64,000 nt of DNA from Sphagnum compactum (taxonomy: Eukaryota), in assembly GCA_965153455.1 (NCBI GenBank), contig OZ234494.1, positions 12,834,001 through 12,898,000 of the forward strand, given 5' to 3'. This document shows, piece by piece, positions 1 to 14,691 of the stretch. Made by a program: the position numbers and the translations under genes. The notes under the pieces are model-generated. The model saw nothing but the letters and a program-made list of their open reading frames with translations, was not told the DNA's origin and ran no database searches. How positions within the stretch are numbered: position 1 is the stretch's first letter; every line of letters begins with the position of its first letter.

Positions 1-1689
1 TTTTGTGTTAAATTGGGGATTTGTTGGAAAATTCATCATGGTCACATATCGTCTCTGTTTGGTGTGATTTTTGTGCCATATGGTTTCTACAAAAAAGGCT
101 ACGCATGTGCAATTTTTCAGAAGTTTTGGAGAAAAAATTGGAAGCCAAAGGGTAATATTCCATTTTGAATTAATTTCCATTTATATGTTGAAAATTCATA
201 TATCACTCATACAAAGGTGAAATCATGGGTTGTTTGTGCTAATGAGTTATTGGGGAGGAGCATTTTGAATGTGGGAGATTCTAGGCCATTTGGAGACAAA
301 AAAATTGAACATTTGTGGAAAGGTGGTGTGTGATGTCGATTTTGTGAGCTTTTTAGTATTAATTTCTTGTATTGATAAGCATCCAATCTTGTCACCAACA
401 TGTGGTGGAAGGTTGTGCCATGCCATCAACAAATGGAAAGACTTTTGAATTCTTGTCATAATTCTTGTGCACGAATCACAAAATTGCTAATTCATGTTGT
501 ATGATTTGTGCATATCCACTTGTGATTATTGGGTGTGCATGTTCTTATCATTGTGTTAGTTGGGCCATTAGTTCATTTTCAGGGGTCAAGGGGTTTTATA
601 AGTTGTGTGCCATTGGCCAACTATTTAAGGAACAAACATAAGCTCCTAGGTTGATCTTTTAGGAACTTGTGCATACTACATGGTGGGAAACCCAAGATGA
701 AAGGTTATGCGCCTTCTCACATGTGCCTTTATTACCATAATGAACATTGGGGTTGTAGTTGGTGTGGTTAATGGTCAGGCATGAAATAAGGTTATTACTT
801 AAGTTTGACCATTGTGTAGGTCTTGTTTGACCTTTGTTTTGTTTAAACATAGTCACTAGGGTTGAATTGGGGTAGGTTGTATGGAATTGGTGTTGTTATG
901 AATGTTTTAGATTTGATTAATGATCATCCCATGTTCTATTTGTAATGGTGAAATTGGGTTGATGGCTGATAAACCAGTTTTATTGTGTTCACAACATGCC
1001 CACGTTTTATTGGCCTTATGAAATGTTTTTGTGGATGTAAGTGCCATAGCCATATAGGTGCAACATCCTTATTATGTTTGTATTATGGGAATCATGGTTT
1101 AAAGGGTAAGTTAAACCACAACAATTTCAACACTTTTTTAGTTTAATGTAATTTGTTACAAGTTCAACAAACTTTGGTTATTTACAAAGGCTTTGGGTGG
1201 GACACACAAGTTAAAGTTCACCATGGAAGGGGCATGTGATATTAGTATAGGGTACATGCTTACTATCACCATGGTTTTTTAGGTGTGGGGTGTGGTTCAA
1301 ACAACTAAAACCACCTTCATCATCATCTAAGGAAAAGTCCTTAGATTTTGAAACAAGTTCCCTTGTGGGAATTGTCACTTAGCCATCGTTGTGATACATG
1401 GAATCCATATATGGAACCACTAAGGGACCCCACCAATATTCCAGGGTGATTGGCACCGTCGAATTAAATGATTTCATCCAACAACTTAAAACAATTGGTG
1501 TGATATGTAACAAATGTGAAATCTCCAACTATTTACACTTTTCATAGCATGGAAAGGTTTATTCCAACATTCGAAAATGCATATTAATGATTATCATGAA
1601 TTTAAATGTGCCCATGAAGTTCAAATTAAGGAGTGGTGTTTGTATTAATCACCTAACTATGTGTTTATTACTAAAATATTTATTTCCAC

Positions 1690-4600
1690 CTTAGGTGTGA
1701 CTACAATAGTCATAAATAGCAGTGTGGCAAATGGCAACATGACTACTGTGTGAGCACATCAGCGTGAGCAGTGAGTTGAACTTTTGTGAGTAACACAAAT
1801 ATTTTTTTAAATTATTTTTGCCACGTCAACTAAATATTCTCCACATAAATAAGAATATTCCATCCATGTGGACAAAATATTATACTAACATGGCAATAAT
1901 AGTCCTTTAATGATACGAAATAGTCATCCAAGTAGACAAAATATGTTATTGGTGACAAGGATGTCATACATAACGTTTGTTGTAGTTATCTGCAATAGAA
2001 ACTTAAAACTTATTTCCCATAATCTTTCAAGATAATGTTTTTAATTATTAGTTAACATTTAAATTCATCTGATAACTAATTTTTATTTAATAGTGTTTGA
2101 TCATTCATGCCAAACAAAATGTTGAATGAACAATTATCAAATCGTTTATAAAACTAGAGCAATAACATCCTTTGCAAATTGTAATCTAAGAGCGAAACAC
2201 ATAGCATCAAGACTGTTACATGCCCAGTGTAAGGTTTAAGGGTGAACAAAATTGCTGAAATGTGAAGTTCAAAAGCTATTTTCGTTGATGATTGTGGTTG
2301 TGATTTACATATGTGTGGTTTACGGTAACCACAATCCACACTTCTAAGGTTGTCACTTGAGTTATTTTTTGTGATCAAGAGAAAATGGCTGCAAATTTTT
2401 GACACTTTGTAATTTTTATGTTATGTTATATCTTATGTAATAGCTGAATATATTGTGCAAGTTTGGATGTGCTTGCATAATTTGGCTATGGGAATGCATA
2501 AATTAACTTCATGACCTCGCGATTATTTGCATGATGTGTGGCTTCAAGTCATATAATTCCAAGACAATGTTGAATCAAATAATGAGGTAGTTGGCATAGT
2601 TGCGAGTTCATTTGCAACAAAAACAGAAAGGAAAAAAAAGTTGTTATAGACCTTTGACCAAGAAGATATAACTCTTGCCCTAAACACCCTAAACAACTCC
2701 TCTTCAAATGATCCACCAAAACTTATTGCAGGGCAGTGGAAATGGCAACCACCACCCGGATGGATACAACAACTTTTACATACCCCGCCATGGCTATTAA
2801 CACAATGGGGGATGGCACTTGGACAATTTTTAATGTCAATATGTGCACCTCCAATGCAATAAGCACTTGTACCATTGGAGAATCCAAAGAGTGCAGCTAA
2901 AACAACTTGGAGAGTAATGAAAAAGGAGAAGGATTCAATAAGTGATGTCTGGTAAGCAACTGGCAAAAAACCTCACAAGATTAAAATAAAGGTGGGGGGA
3001 GAGATAGATGGATGTTGTGATGGTAAGAATGTTTGGGATGAAGTAGTGAAAACATTCATTCCCCAAATACTTGATGTCAGTGTTCTATCATGGGAGGGCC
3101 ACGCACCAAACTCCTTAGAGAAGTTGCGAGCAACTTTAGACAAGGAGTTTGAATATGAAGATAATGAGATCTCAACTATGGGATTCAAAAACATGGTGAA
3201 AAGATGACTAAAAACGAAGAGAAACAAGTTGAAAACTAGGTTTTTGGAAGGGAAAACAAATTGCTCAATCAATATAAAGCCTGCATAGTGGGAGAAGAAG
3301 GTGACACAAATGTCAAATGCATAGAGTAAGGTGCAAAATTTGACAAATGTGGGGCAAAGAAGCAAAGCTAGGAAGGAAATTTGGTTGGTAAGTGAATATG
3401 CAAACATGTATATCATCATCACTTGCTTGTTAAAGAAAATTATATGGAATATGACTCACATGATTGCTTTAATTGACCATTTAAGTTGTGTTGCAGAAAA
3501 AACAAAGACAACGAAACCCAAGCTTGGCTGAAATTCGTGAAGATTTCCAAGGATTAGAGCAGACTACTTTAGTGAGACATTCACATTTGGCAAATTTTAT
3601 TAACATTTGACTTACGAGAATTTCAATTTGACTATAGAACTTTTTTGTTTTCATTTCTTAACCTATATTTTTTTGTTGCCATGTTCTTATAACCTATCCC
3701 ATTTTAAGTTGCTGCCATGTTGTTTGGTTGCCATGTTCTGATTTTTTATGCCAATCTCCTTAATTGACTTGAATTGTAATTACCATTTTCTACCCTATTT
3801 CCATTTCTGGTAATCAATAGTTGCCTTGTTTTTTTTTAAATCTAGAAATCTAGTCAGTAGGGTATGTCTTATTTAAAACAGGGAATGTCAAGAAGAATGT
3901 CAGCTAAACTAACCAGCTTGGAGACTAGACATAATGACTTGGATGGCAAGGTCTTGGATATGTTGGATAAGACACAAGCAAATAATGAGGCATTAGCTGA
4001 TATAAAGGCGATGTTTTCAAAAAAATTGGAAAAATTGAAGGAGCAAGCAAGTCCTCTTTCAGAACCTAAATTTGCTTGTGATCAATAACAATAACCATCA
4101 ACTCCTATAATTCCTCGTGAGACATCTGGTATGCACAATTAGATCTAGTTGACACCTCTATAATAGGTGGTGGCAATGATAGCACACATTCCTTTCCTAC
4201 GGGCAAAAATGGTTTGGGCTGTGTAGATGGATCTAGTTCTTCTAAGCTTTAGACCACACCATCACCATTTAATAAGTTGGGGATATTCAATACACCACCT
4301 AATCCAACACCCCAACTTCAAAGTGTGGAAGGTGAAGACTGGGTTGTTTTGCAACCCAGACCCTCACCATCAAAGAAATTATTAACCAAGAAAGGACACA
4401 TCGGATTAAAATCTCCATCAAAATTTGGTGTTCTTGAAGGTGAAAGTGGTCAATCTATAGTTCAAGTCAATAGAATGCTGAATTTTGGTGTACATTTTTT
4501 TTTGCATCATTATTAGCGTCTTGGTGCAATCTAAAACATACTATTTATGTGAAAATGGGTTGGATTTGGTTACAACAACAATTGCCAAGGAAGGAATTGA

Positions 4601-6234
4601 GAGGAAGGGTGATTGCACATGCATAAGACAACAAATAAAAAACAAGCCAACAATAGGCAAGCACCTCCATTTGTTATGATTGGTTTCATCCCTTAATTCT
4701 AATTTTGCAAGCCAATTTGTTTTTGGAACAAGTGTTGGTTGATATTAGTTTAATGTTAATAACCTTATAACTTTTGGTATGGAATGTAGCTTGATGTGGG
4801 ACAATCTATGATGTTGTTGAATCGCAAAAACCCAAAACAGAAGGTGGCATCAGGAAAAATTAGTGGCCTTTGGGGTGTTGACAAGTTTCATGGTCGTGTT
4901 ATTCCAAGTTTTGTGTGAAAGTAGATGTTGCGGTCATTCACATGGCTAACATTCCACTTATGCACCCACATGAAGTTGATGACCAAGTTGTAGTCCAAGA
5001 TGTGATGGGAATTTCTACCTTGTGGAACTAGAAGTATGTGAAAGTTGTACATATTTGACTAGGTTTTAGAATGACTAAGTAGATTCTATTGTATGTTTGA
5101 TTAATCACTAGTTAATCAAACTTGATAGACTTGTGCTTTGTGTTTGCTATTTCACTTGGTTATTCATACTGTGTTCATGCACTTTTTAATATTTAATAAT
5201 GTGATTAACCCAATGTCTGGGTTGTATCAATTACTAAATCAATTACTTTTTGCATCATAGAAGGATTCATTTGGTTTGTTATGGTTGAACATATGTAGGT
5301 TGATTTAGAATGGTATTATATCAAATGTAACTTTAGGTGTGATTAAATAGACCCCGAATTCTAGTTCATTATTAAATGTCACTAAATTAAAGTCTCCCAA
5401 ATCTTCAATGTATGACTTGCACATGACTTTTTACATACATATGGTTGACAATTGAAGTCATTTTAGAGTTGATTTAAAAAGAAATCAATAACTATTGTTT
5501 TATAATCACAAGTACCAAAATGACTAAACAATGATTTCTCTATATATGGTTTAAAGATTTGGCACTTTTAAATCCATTAATCAATGACTACAACTTTAGC
5601 TTTCCCTTGAACACATGAATAAATACAATGATGCCATGTGTTTCAATCCATTGGAGGCCAAGTGTTCAAATCGTGAACTACCATGTGTCACAATCCACGA
5701 TCGCCATGTGTAATATTAGTACTAAATTAATATTATATGAATATTATATTATCATTAATATATGACTACAACTTTGGCTTCCCCTTCACACATACAAAAC
5801 GTGTGCCAATTCATGATCAAATATTCACACACCAAGTGGTCCATTCGTCTATTACCATGTGGACCAATCCCTATTAGCCATGTGTACAATATGCTAGTCA
5901 TATGTGAATCATATATGAGTCATTTATGACATGACATGTGTAGTTAGCTTGCTTAGAAGGATTGCCATATGGACGTCCACCTCTAGGTAGTTTTTTGCCA
6001 TGTGTCATCCACGTTGGTAGTAATGATTCATGACATGTGGATCCTAGGTGGCATGAATGATTCCATCAATGTCCGTTATGATTATTGGATGGCATGTGCC
6101 ATGTCATGTCCTTTATGACTAAGTGTCCTTTTCGACTTGTCCAATATAACTTTGTAGTCATTAGCCATATGTGTCCTTTACAACTGTAAAATTAGTCATA
6201 AAATGAGTCGTAGATTTTTTATTTATGTCTAGTG
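1690..6234 (+). mobile_element. Degenerate CACTA (En/Spm) DNA transposon relic
   Basis: The right end reads ...ATTTATGTCTAGTG (TAGTG terminus at 6234), preceded by many short subterminal ATGACTA/TAGTCAT motifs. Broken ORF pieces lie at 2992-3400 and 3864-4088. A frameshifted segment at ~4840-5030 (VASGKISGLWGVDKFHGRVIPS..KVDVAVIHMANIPLMHPHEVDDQVVVQDVMGISTLW) resembles the Tnp1/En/Spm C-terminal domain. The left boundary is approximate. Confidence 0.55.
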
Positions 6235-6720
6235 TTTCAATACAATTTTTTTTACATTTGATTGAAACTTTCAAGTTATCTTTGTTGTCTATGTGACATC
6301 CATCCCAACTAGTTCTTGGTTCAAATGTAAAATCTTGACTAAATTTTAAATGAGGATTCTAATAAGACTAAGTATTAAGGCAAGGTCAATCTTATATTCA
6401 CATCATTCATGTAATCTCATCCATAGGCCTCCCCACATATGCAAGTTTGAATCATATAATAAAATCAAATAATTTGAGATTGACATAAATAATGATGAAC
6501 TATTGGAAATCATATGGGAACATACAAAGAAAATAAAAATGGGGGGTGGGGGTGGATATTATTAAATTGATAAACCTTCATTTCATTTACCTTTATTTTT
6601 AGTACTTTTTCACATTTTCAAAGTGAAGCTAAAATTAAAATTTATAGATTATTTAACTATTAATGTACATTCCATAAATCTAAAGTTTTTCCCCAATCAC
6701 ATGAGGTTCTATGTCTTCAA

Positions 6721-6755
<35 letters not shown>

Positions 6756-9700
6756 GTGAATGCAAGTTATCATGGTTCATTTTAGGCAGATGTAAGACTC
6801 CCAAGAGTCCTTAACATGTTTTTATATATTATCCTTAACATGGATATGGTTTTAAATTCTAAGATTTTATTAGTGTAATCTTTGACTATTACAATTCATT
6901 CACTTATGAAACCTTTTTAAACTAGGGAAAACCCATATTGAAAAATGTCATTGAAAATATGGTGAAATTTTCTTGGAATTTTAAAAGAAAAACTCATAAA
7001 ATTCCATAGGGATAAAAGCCCACTTAGATTTCAATTTTGTACCCATTAAGCATAGAAAATTTGACAAACACGTACAAAAAAAATCATTTCAAAATGACTT
7101 TTGAAAATAAGGTCCAATTTTGAACCTTCAAAAGTTCATAACTACCATTTGGTTAAGGTTTCACAAAAAACGATTTCACATTTAAGTTTATCATTTCACT
7201 CTTCAACCCATTCTTTAGTTCTTATTTTTGGAATGAAATTTAATATGAATTCTTGAATTTCTTAACAATCTAGTCAATTGACAAGTCCATATTTTTTATT
7301 TCAAAAGTTCATTATTGATAATGAATGCATTATTTTCAAAAAATAATTGTGCAAATTTATTCATAATCAAGTTGTTAATCTATAGAATGGATCATCATTT
7401 AATGTATTTAAAATTAAATTATTCACCATAAGCATTTAAACACAAAACACCATCTAGAAATTACAACTTATATAATACCAAAAATGAAGCACTATTGTTT
7501 GCATTCACCCATAATGATGTAATTATTCAAATAATAATTATATTTCACATATACTATTATCCATCCATTAAAATAATTACCTATTTTAAGCCTACCTACT
7601 TTACTCTTTTCCCCTACCCACTTATATGGACATGAAAAGGCACATTGAAATGGCTTTAAATTTCATGGTATTAGAAAAAATCTAATTTGAAAATGACATA
7701 AATAATGATGAACTAGGGTAAACATGCCCCCCATTGAACATTGCTCGATGATTTAACACCCCTCTTGTGTAAACCAACATTGATCAATGGTCACATTCGT
7801 TCTTCAAGTGTTTTAATGTGACCTTATGATCAAATGCTTAGTTTTGAAAAAATCTGTTCAACTTTTTTATATTATCCAAATGAAAAAAAAATTGTGTGCG
7901 ATTATGGGCGTGGGAAAAAACAATAGAAAAAAATGCCATAGTGTTATATGTAGTCATGTTTGGTGATGGGAAAGGACCCATTGTAATGCACATACTCGAA
8001 AATAAATATGGTGGCAATGTTATTTTTATGGGCGAGTTGAACTCTAAGAGGCCAAGAAAATGTTTGGTGATCGAACAAACCAGCATAGTTTTAAATTCTA
8101 ATGGATTTTTTTCACAAAACACAACTAAACTAAGCACCAAAAAATAAAATAAAATAAGGTTTTGGTTATGGGGTTTAAGTTCTTATTAAAGGGCATGCAA
8201 TTGTTCATCAACAAACCCTAAAACCTTAATGATGATACTATGCACAAGGATCAATAAATTCGGACATCTTATCTTTGAATCCTCCAAAACAACAAATTTA
8301 TTAGTCCCCAAAGGAGAGTCTTTAAAAATTCCTATTATGGATAAATATTTTGCATTCGCTCCAAAAAAAAGGCACAAATCAAAGTTTAAACTTAAGCAAG
8401 GCTTACATTAAATAAGTAGATTATTTTCTACTTTTAGTTTGAGCTCTAAATATGTCCTCTCTAGAGCCAAAGTAGGTGAATAGTTCCAACTTTGCTTAGA
8501 ATTCTTAGGTCTTAATGTTGTAGGGTTGGGAAATTTAGACTTGTTAGTGAAAGTAAAACATGTAGAAAATGATAGTTCAAGACTAAAAGTTTATTTGCAA
8601 AAAACAAGTCTCAAAGACTCAGGGGGTACACTTAGTGTAAAATTTGGGCTTTACGTTCATCAAATGACCATTTTTAAGGGGGGTATTAAATAATTGTCCA
8701 ACCTACTTTTTATCACCCTATTACTATATAATTTTCTAATATATACATATTAAAGCCACCATATATTAATTTGAATCCATTATTTCATATTAATACACAC
8801 CTTATATTATAATTAAATTGATTATTTGAATAAATGTACCTTATTTTTAAGTAATTAAATTATAATTTTTACCCAACAACCAATATCTTGCACTCTATAT
8901 TTTCATTTGTGCATCTTCTATTTTTTATTACTAGTGTCCCCCTCATGCTCAAAGAGAAAAACAATAGAATAAGTATAAAAACAAGAATTACGTTCAAAAA
9001 CAAAGAGCAAGGTGAAAATAAAGCACGTAGAAAAAAGATCAACATTAGAAATACAAATTGAAATTGTAGATCAAATTTACAATCTAAGATTCAAAAAATA
9101 TTTTAATTATTATTAGATCCAACAATCCATAGATCAAAATGTTGCATCAAGGAGATTCAAGAGAGTTCAAGATCAACTAAATCATATTAATTGTTCTCAT
9201 AGATTTCTTCCCACAACATGCACATCAACAAAAGATGTGGATCTAAATTGGGATGATTTTGTAAAATTTTATAATCTAATATACTCTATTGTAGCACTAC
9301 TAGAACATGTTATAGCAAAATTTATAGATTTATTACATTTTTTTGATTCTTGTGTTGTTTATAGGAAAAGAAAGGCATACCATTGGTTGGGCTATAACAT
9401 AGTCCACCAAGTTGCTAGAGGTTGGGTCCAAAAAGAGAAAAACAATCATGAACTTGATAGTCCCTTAAAGATGACAAAGGAACGTGTTGGACTTGCAAGC
9501 AACAAAGAAGGATAATATGCCCCTTACATCAACAAGGAAATGTTTTTGCCTACTCTTAAACCACAAAGCAAAAGATCAATACCTTAATTAAATTGAGTGT
9601 CTTCAATAACAAAATAAACATGCGGATGAATGAAACATTAGAAGTAGCAATGGAAGCAATTGAGAAAAAAACATATTGTTTAAGGATAGTTAACAACTCA

Positions 9701-10068
9701 TCGAACATTCCAATGAATTTTCTTTTTGACCATCTAAATGGAAAAACTAAATGTAGGAAGATGGAACTAGGTGGTGTACTTACCAAAAAAGGGGATGCAA
9801 TAGTGATTACATGGACATTAACTATTCCAAAATGTGGTTAGTTAATAAGCTTGTAACAATTAAAGATGAAAGTTGCAAAACTAACACAAATAAAGGTTAC
9901 ACCATTATAGGATGGGATACCGAGCAATAATTGATGGTATCAATTCAAGCATAGAAATTTAAAAATTAACATTTGACATATTATAAGGATTGGAAGTCTA
10001 TAAAGCACGGGGGCTAACACCCACTTCATCCAATTTTATTTCGAAATTAACTTGCAATCACTATACCA

Positions 10069-11208
10069 CATCATAAATTTAACATGTAACAAATTAATAT
10101 TAAAAATCAAGCAAAGTTTGTTCGTTCATAGGTTCATACATTTTACACATGAATATCATGCGTTGAAAAATGTTTAACACACAGATAAATGTGTTGATGG
10201 ATGAATGACAAACCTATGAATGAATGAATGTCACACAAATTTTGCATCTTTTTATAAATTTGTGTTTCAAATGTGTTTTTAACGCGTGATATTAGTGTGT
10301 GAGGTGTAAACATGCTAAAGTAGGGGAAAAAAATATCTTGACAATGTAAAAAAACATAATTGTTAACTTTGGAGGTTAAAAAATAAAACACATTCTTTGA
10401 AAATTAGTTTAAACTACATGAACATATGTAGTATGACATGAAAAAGTTTTTAAAAGCTTAAGATGTTGTGTTTATTTTTTTTCCAACCTATTTTTGCTCA
10501 TTTTTTTATTATTTGATGCTATTGTCCCATTTTGCACAAAATAGACATAAAATACAATCATGACCTTTCATTTTTTAAATTCATTCCTATGGCTCCTTCA
10601 AAGAGTATTTAAAGCATGTTTTGCCCTGTTATAAACACAAAATGCATTTGTAATTCATATTGAAAAATAGGTTTTTAGCATTTTAAGATGTTTTGAATGG
10701 TTTAACATTGTCATAATTGAAATATTCAAGTTTCAAAAAATGTGTATCAATCTACATGGTAACTCAAACACATCAATTTTATACACTACAACAAAAGGTG
10801 TCCCTGTACGCCAAGTGATTTCACTAGATTTTGAGTGAATTCACTGGTCTAATGAACGGGGATTAGTGAACTGCACCCACATTTTGTAGTAGTGATAGTT
10901 TGATTTGGAAAAAAATCAGATATATAAACTTGCAATAAATTAAAAAAATAGCTTGAATAATAATATAGATTAGGGATGACCATATTGGGTTTATTAAATA
11001 TGGCTAGTACACCCAAATTTTATAACATTAGTAAAAGGTTTAAAATTCAAAAATTCAAAATCTATTTTTCGTTTATTTTTACTTTTTGAGCAAGGATCAT
11101 GAATTGGCTTACTTTAGCATTATTGCACCTTGTGAAATGTACGAATTATAAATGAATGAATTTTGCATGATTTCCATTATTAAATCATGAAGTGTTAAGT
11201 TTGTGATG
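10069..11208. mobile_element. Non-autonomous TIR element inserted in the pogo transposase
   Basis: Imperfect ~17-bp TIRs: CATCATAAATTTAACAT at 10069 and GTGTTAAGTTTGTGATG ending at 11208. The flanks are TACCA/AACCA, a near-duplicate target site. Transposase-like coding sequence stops at the left end and resumes at the right. Confidence 0.65.
10784..10894. mobile_element. 111-bp miniature CACTA element
   Basis: Starts CACTACAACAAAA and ends TTTTGTAGTAGTG (12/13 TIR match). Perfect 3-bp TSD ATA at 10781-10783 and 10895-10897. Confidence 0.85.
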
Positions 11209-12779
11209 AACCAATTACATAATTATAATTTTAATCAAATATGTGATTTTGATGACACATGCATTCAAGCTAGCAAATATTTTAGAGCAAGACTTTTGGC
11301 TAGGAGAGGGTCAAATGTAGTTTATAGCACCATCCCCAAATTTCAAGAATGATTAACTATTAATTATGTAGTGAATTTTGCAAGAGGTGTTCTACCTAAG
11401 TTCTACATCTTTAGAGGTGAGAGATTGCAGGATGATTACATCAAACTCAACAAACTAAATACTTTATGGCAATGCAAAAAAATAACACAAATGATTATTT
11501 TCTTATTTAAAGAGTTTTTGTTTTTCTTTAAAAAATCAATTCTAGGTGGAGTGTTTTTCACCAACGAACACTTGTTGATTCTAGATGGGCATGGTAGCCA
11601 CATTACCTTAGAAGCAATGGAATAAGCAAAAGAGTTAAAGTTAGACATGATGACATTACCATCGTACACATCACATGCATTGCAACCATTAGATGTGTCT
11701 TGTTTCTAGCCTTTCAAGACAACATTTAAAAAGGTTGGGGATGTAACTATGTCAAAAACAATCACATAAAACTAAACAAAATAACTATAGCTAGATGGGT
11801 AGATCAAACTTTAAAGTAATCATTCACGAAAAAAACATCAAGTTTGGATTCAAAACTATAAGTATATGGCCTTTCAATTTGAAGGCAATGGATGGCAAAC
11901 CTTGACCATTAAAAATTAAGATTACAGCAAACATGAGCAATGCAAGAAGTGAAAAAGATTACATAATAGAGGAAAAACCTGAGAATAATCAACAATGGGG
12001 GGAAAAACTATTATTGCATAAATTTTCATATAGTTGAAACAGTTCAACATCTAACATTTGAAGACCTACCTACTTATAGGCTAAAAAAGACCAATACTAT
12101 TATATATGTTTCAGAGCCCTACAATGATAGAATAAAAACTAAAAGATATTAGATGAAGATAGTCCCAAGGATACTCATGAGTTGTTGTAAGAAACCCAAC
12201 AATTTCCAAGTCTAACCCAGGAATCCATGAAGGTGTATAACCTATTGTTGTTGCGTTATTTACCTATAAGACACACAAAGGGGGAAAAATCATTAATTGA
12301 TTATTCTCAATCACATGTTATAACTAATTATGAGTACTTATATATCTTAAGGATAAAGTAATGGAAAGGCAACTATAAAAAAAATAGAGAAGGAAAGTTA
12401 AAGGAAAGGGAAGACCAACGAGCCAAATGAATAGCAAAATTGGGTTTTATAATATATCAAATAGTTTGAAAAATTGTTGAAAAGCGTGCTAGCACATAAT
12501 TCATTATAACCTAGACTCCATCAAATGTAGTTGAAGTGGGTGATCACTTTCATCATGATTTTCAAATAGGTTTGTGAAAAAACCCATGCAGGTATGTGGG
12601 CGTGAATCTAGGTTACACAACATGGGTTTAACAACAAGCAAGATTACATGCATGAGCTAGGTAACATGCATAAGGGCACCAAACAACAAGGCTGCTATTT
12701 TCCAATGATTAACGAAGAAGGAAGTAACTAGTTAACATCGATATCGAAACTAGCAGAAGAGTAAAATCAGATAGATAAT

Positions 12780-13740
12780 TAGGACCAGCAATAAATAAAA
12801 CAACCTCAAGAAAGAGAATGAAGAAATGGATAAAAGGTTCGAAAGAGATTAAAAGAAAACCAACAATAATAACTAAAAGAGGATCAAAAGAGGAGAGAGG
12901 ACTAATAATAGTAGCTTTAAGAGAGGATCAAAATAACCAATAGTAGAAGTTGAGAAAAAGGAAAGAAAAGCATTGAACTTGAAGAAAGGATTAACAATAA
13001 TATTTGAAAAAGAAAAGAGGACCAATAGTATAAGTTAAGAGAGAGGAGAGAGAGGTGTCGAACTCAAAGAGAGGACCAAGAACAATTTAAAAAGAGGAGA
13101 TGACCAATAGCAATAGCTCAAAGAGAAGAAAGGACTAGTAGTAGCAGTTCAAAGAAAGGAAACGACTAGTAATTTAACAATTCAAAGAAAGGAAAAAGAA
13201 GCATTGAACATAGATATCGGACTAACAATAGAAGTTGAAAGATAGGCGAGGACCACCAATAATAACTTAAAATGAGGAGAGGGAGGCGTTGAACTTAGAG
13301 AGGGAACCAACAATAATAATTTTAGGAGAGGCATCAGGCTTGGAGAGGACTAGCAACATCAACTAAGAAAAATAAAAGAAACGTCAAAAGATGAAAAATC
13401 AACAACATCAACATTGAGAGAGGCGTTGAAAGTAGGAATAGCTGATAAAGAAAAGAAAGAGGTTTTAGCTTCAAGAGTTCACAACATGGGACAACCACTA
13501 CCACGGGATTACCAAAAGGATTAGCCCACTCACAACATAAAACTGCCATAGGTTTAGGACTTCACAACACAAATCATTCAAAGTATTAGGAACTCACAAC
13601 ATGAGGAAGAGGATCAAGATTGAAACACAATCATGGTGGTGTTCAAGAGCTTTTTAAATCTTTCAAAAGGAGACAAAAGGGTAAGAGAGGATCTAGCTCA
13701 GAGGAGGACGGAATCAAGAGCTCACAACGTGACTAGGAGG
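12780..13740. repeat. Purine-rich degenerate repeat tract (GAGGACCAATAGTA/GAACTCA/CTCACAACA motifs), probably TE-internal
   Basis: Strong A/G strand bias with recurring short motifs. No coherent ORF. Confidence 0.45.
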
Positions 13741-14659
13741 CAGATGCATGAAACTTGGTGAGACCGACAAATAACTCGCACCCATAGACATTTGGAATGG
13801 GAGTAGTAAATTTGGTGAAGGGGACATTGTTTACCCAATATTGTCAATCTAGAAACCTTATGTTGCATGTAATCTAAAACCTATGTTCAAAAGTGAACAA
13901 GTATTTTGAGGATGTTGATCATCTAGATCTTCATCCAGTTTGATATGGGAGTAGGTAGTGTTCATTAGTGTCAAGTGATTGTTTGGTTAGGTGACTAAAC
14001 AACCCATCATGGGCTACCATGTGTATGATTCTTTTTTTTTTAATCATTCTCCACCCCCTCCAACTTTGAAAGAATGTATATTTCTCATCTTTGACCCCAT
14101 TTTGAGCAACTTAAATGGCCATAAGTGCGCTTTCTAGTGGTCTAGATTTTATGCTTAGAGCATATGTGAAAAGGAGGCAAATTGATTGAGAGGGAGGAGA
14201 CTGCAACATTAGTGTTCAGTCATTGGCCTCTTCATCCTATTGGGAATCATATTGGAACATATGAGAGAAATAAAAGACACCCAGTGAGTGGAGGATTTTT
14301 GCTGAGTTTGGAACCTTGCTCAAAGAATACATCCAATGATCATAAAATTTAACATTATTTTACCTGTTAGATTACATTCTATAAATATTTTAATTAAAAA
14401 AAATATTGATAAAATTATTAAAAATATTTTAAATGTAAAATGATTTTACATATATTACAATACATTTTCTACCATTGTAGATGTTTAAGAATAACATTAT
14501 TATTCCCTTATTTCTTTATAATGTATAAATCATAGGTATATATGATGAAAGTAGAAGCTAATGAAAATGCAATTATAATATTTGAAAATTTTAAAGAAAG
14601 TATGAATTATATTTAATTATAAAATATTTTAATTGACCCTATATAACCTTAAATTAATC

Positions 14660-14691
14660 CAGAGCTTTTTCCCTGGCCACGGGGTTCTAGT
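14660..14691 (+). mobile_element. Helitron-like 3' terminus at the TE/gene-island border
   Basis: GC-rich short palindrome CCCTGGCCACGGGG followed by TTCTAG|T, at the end of a very AT-rich tract. Confidence 0.45.

Larger units (their letters stand above)
9593..12700 (+). mobile_element. Degenerate pogo/Tc1-mariner-superfamily (CENP-B/DDE_1) transposase, interrupted by an insertion
   Basis: An N-terminal psq/CENP-B-like HTH lies at 9593-9841 (LEVAMEAIEK...NIPMNFLFDHLNGKTK...GVLT). The DDE_1 motifs LLILDGHGSH and LPSYTSHALQPLDVSCF*PFK lie at ~11570-11720. There are many stops and frameshifts, and the outer boundaries are approximate. Confidence 0.8.

Noticed and set aside
1..1650. Possible gag/zinc-knuckle retrotransposon remnant
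   Set aside because: The sequence is too decayed. No LTR, PBS or clear domain motif could be supported by eye.
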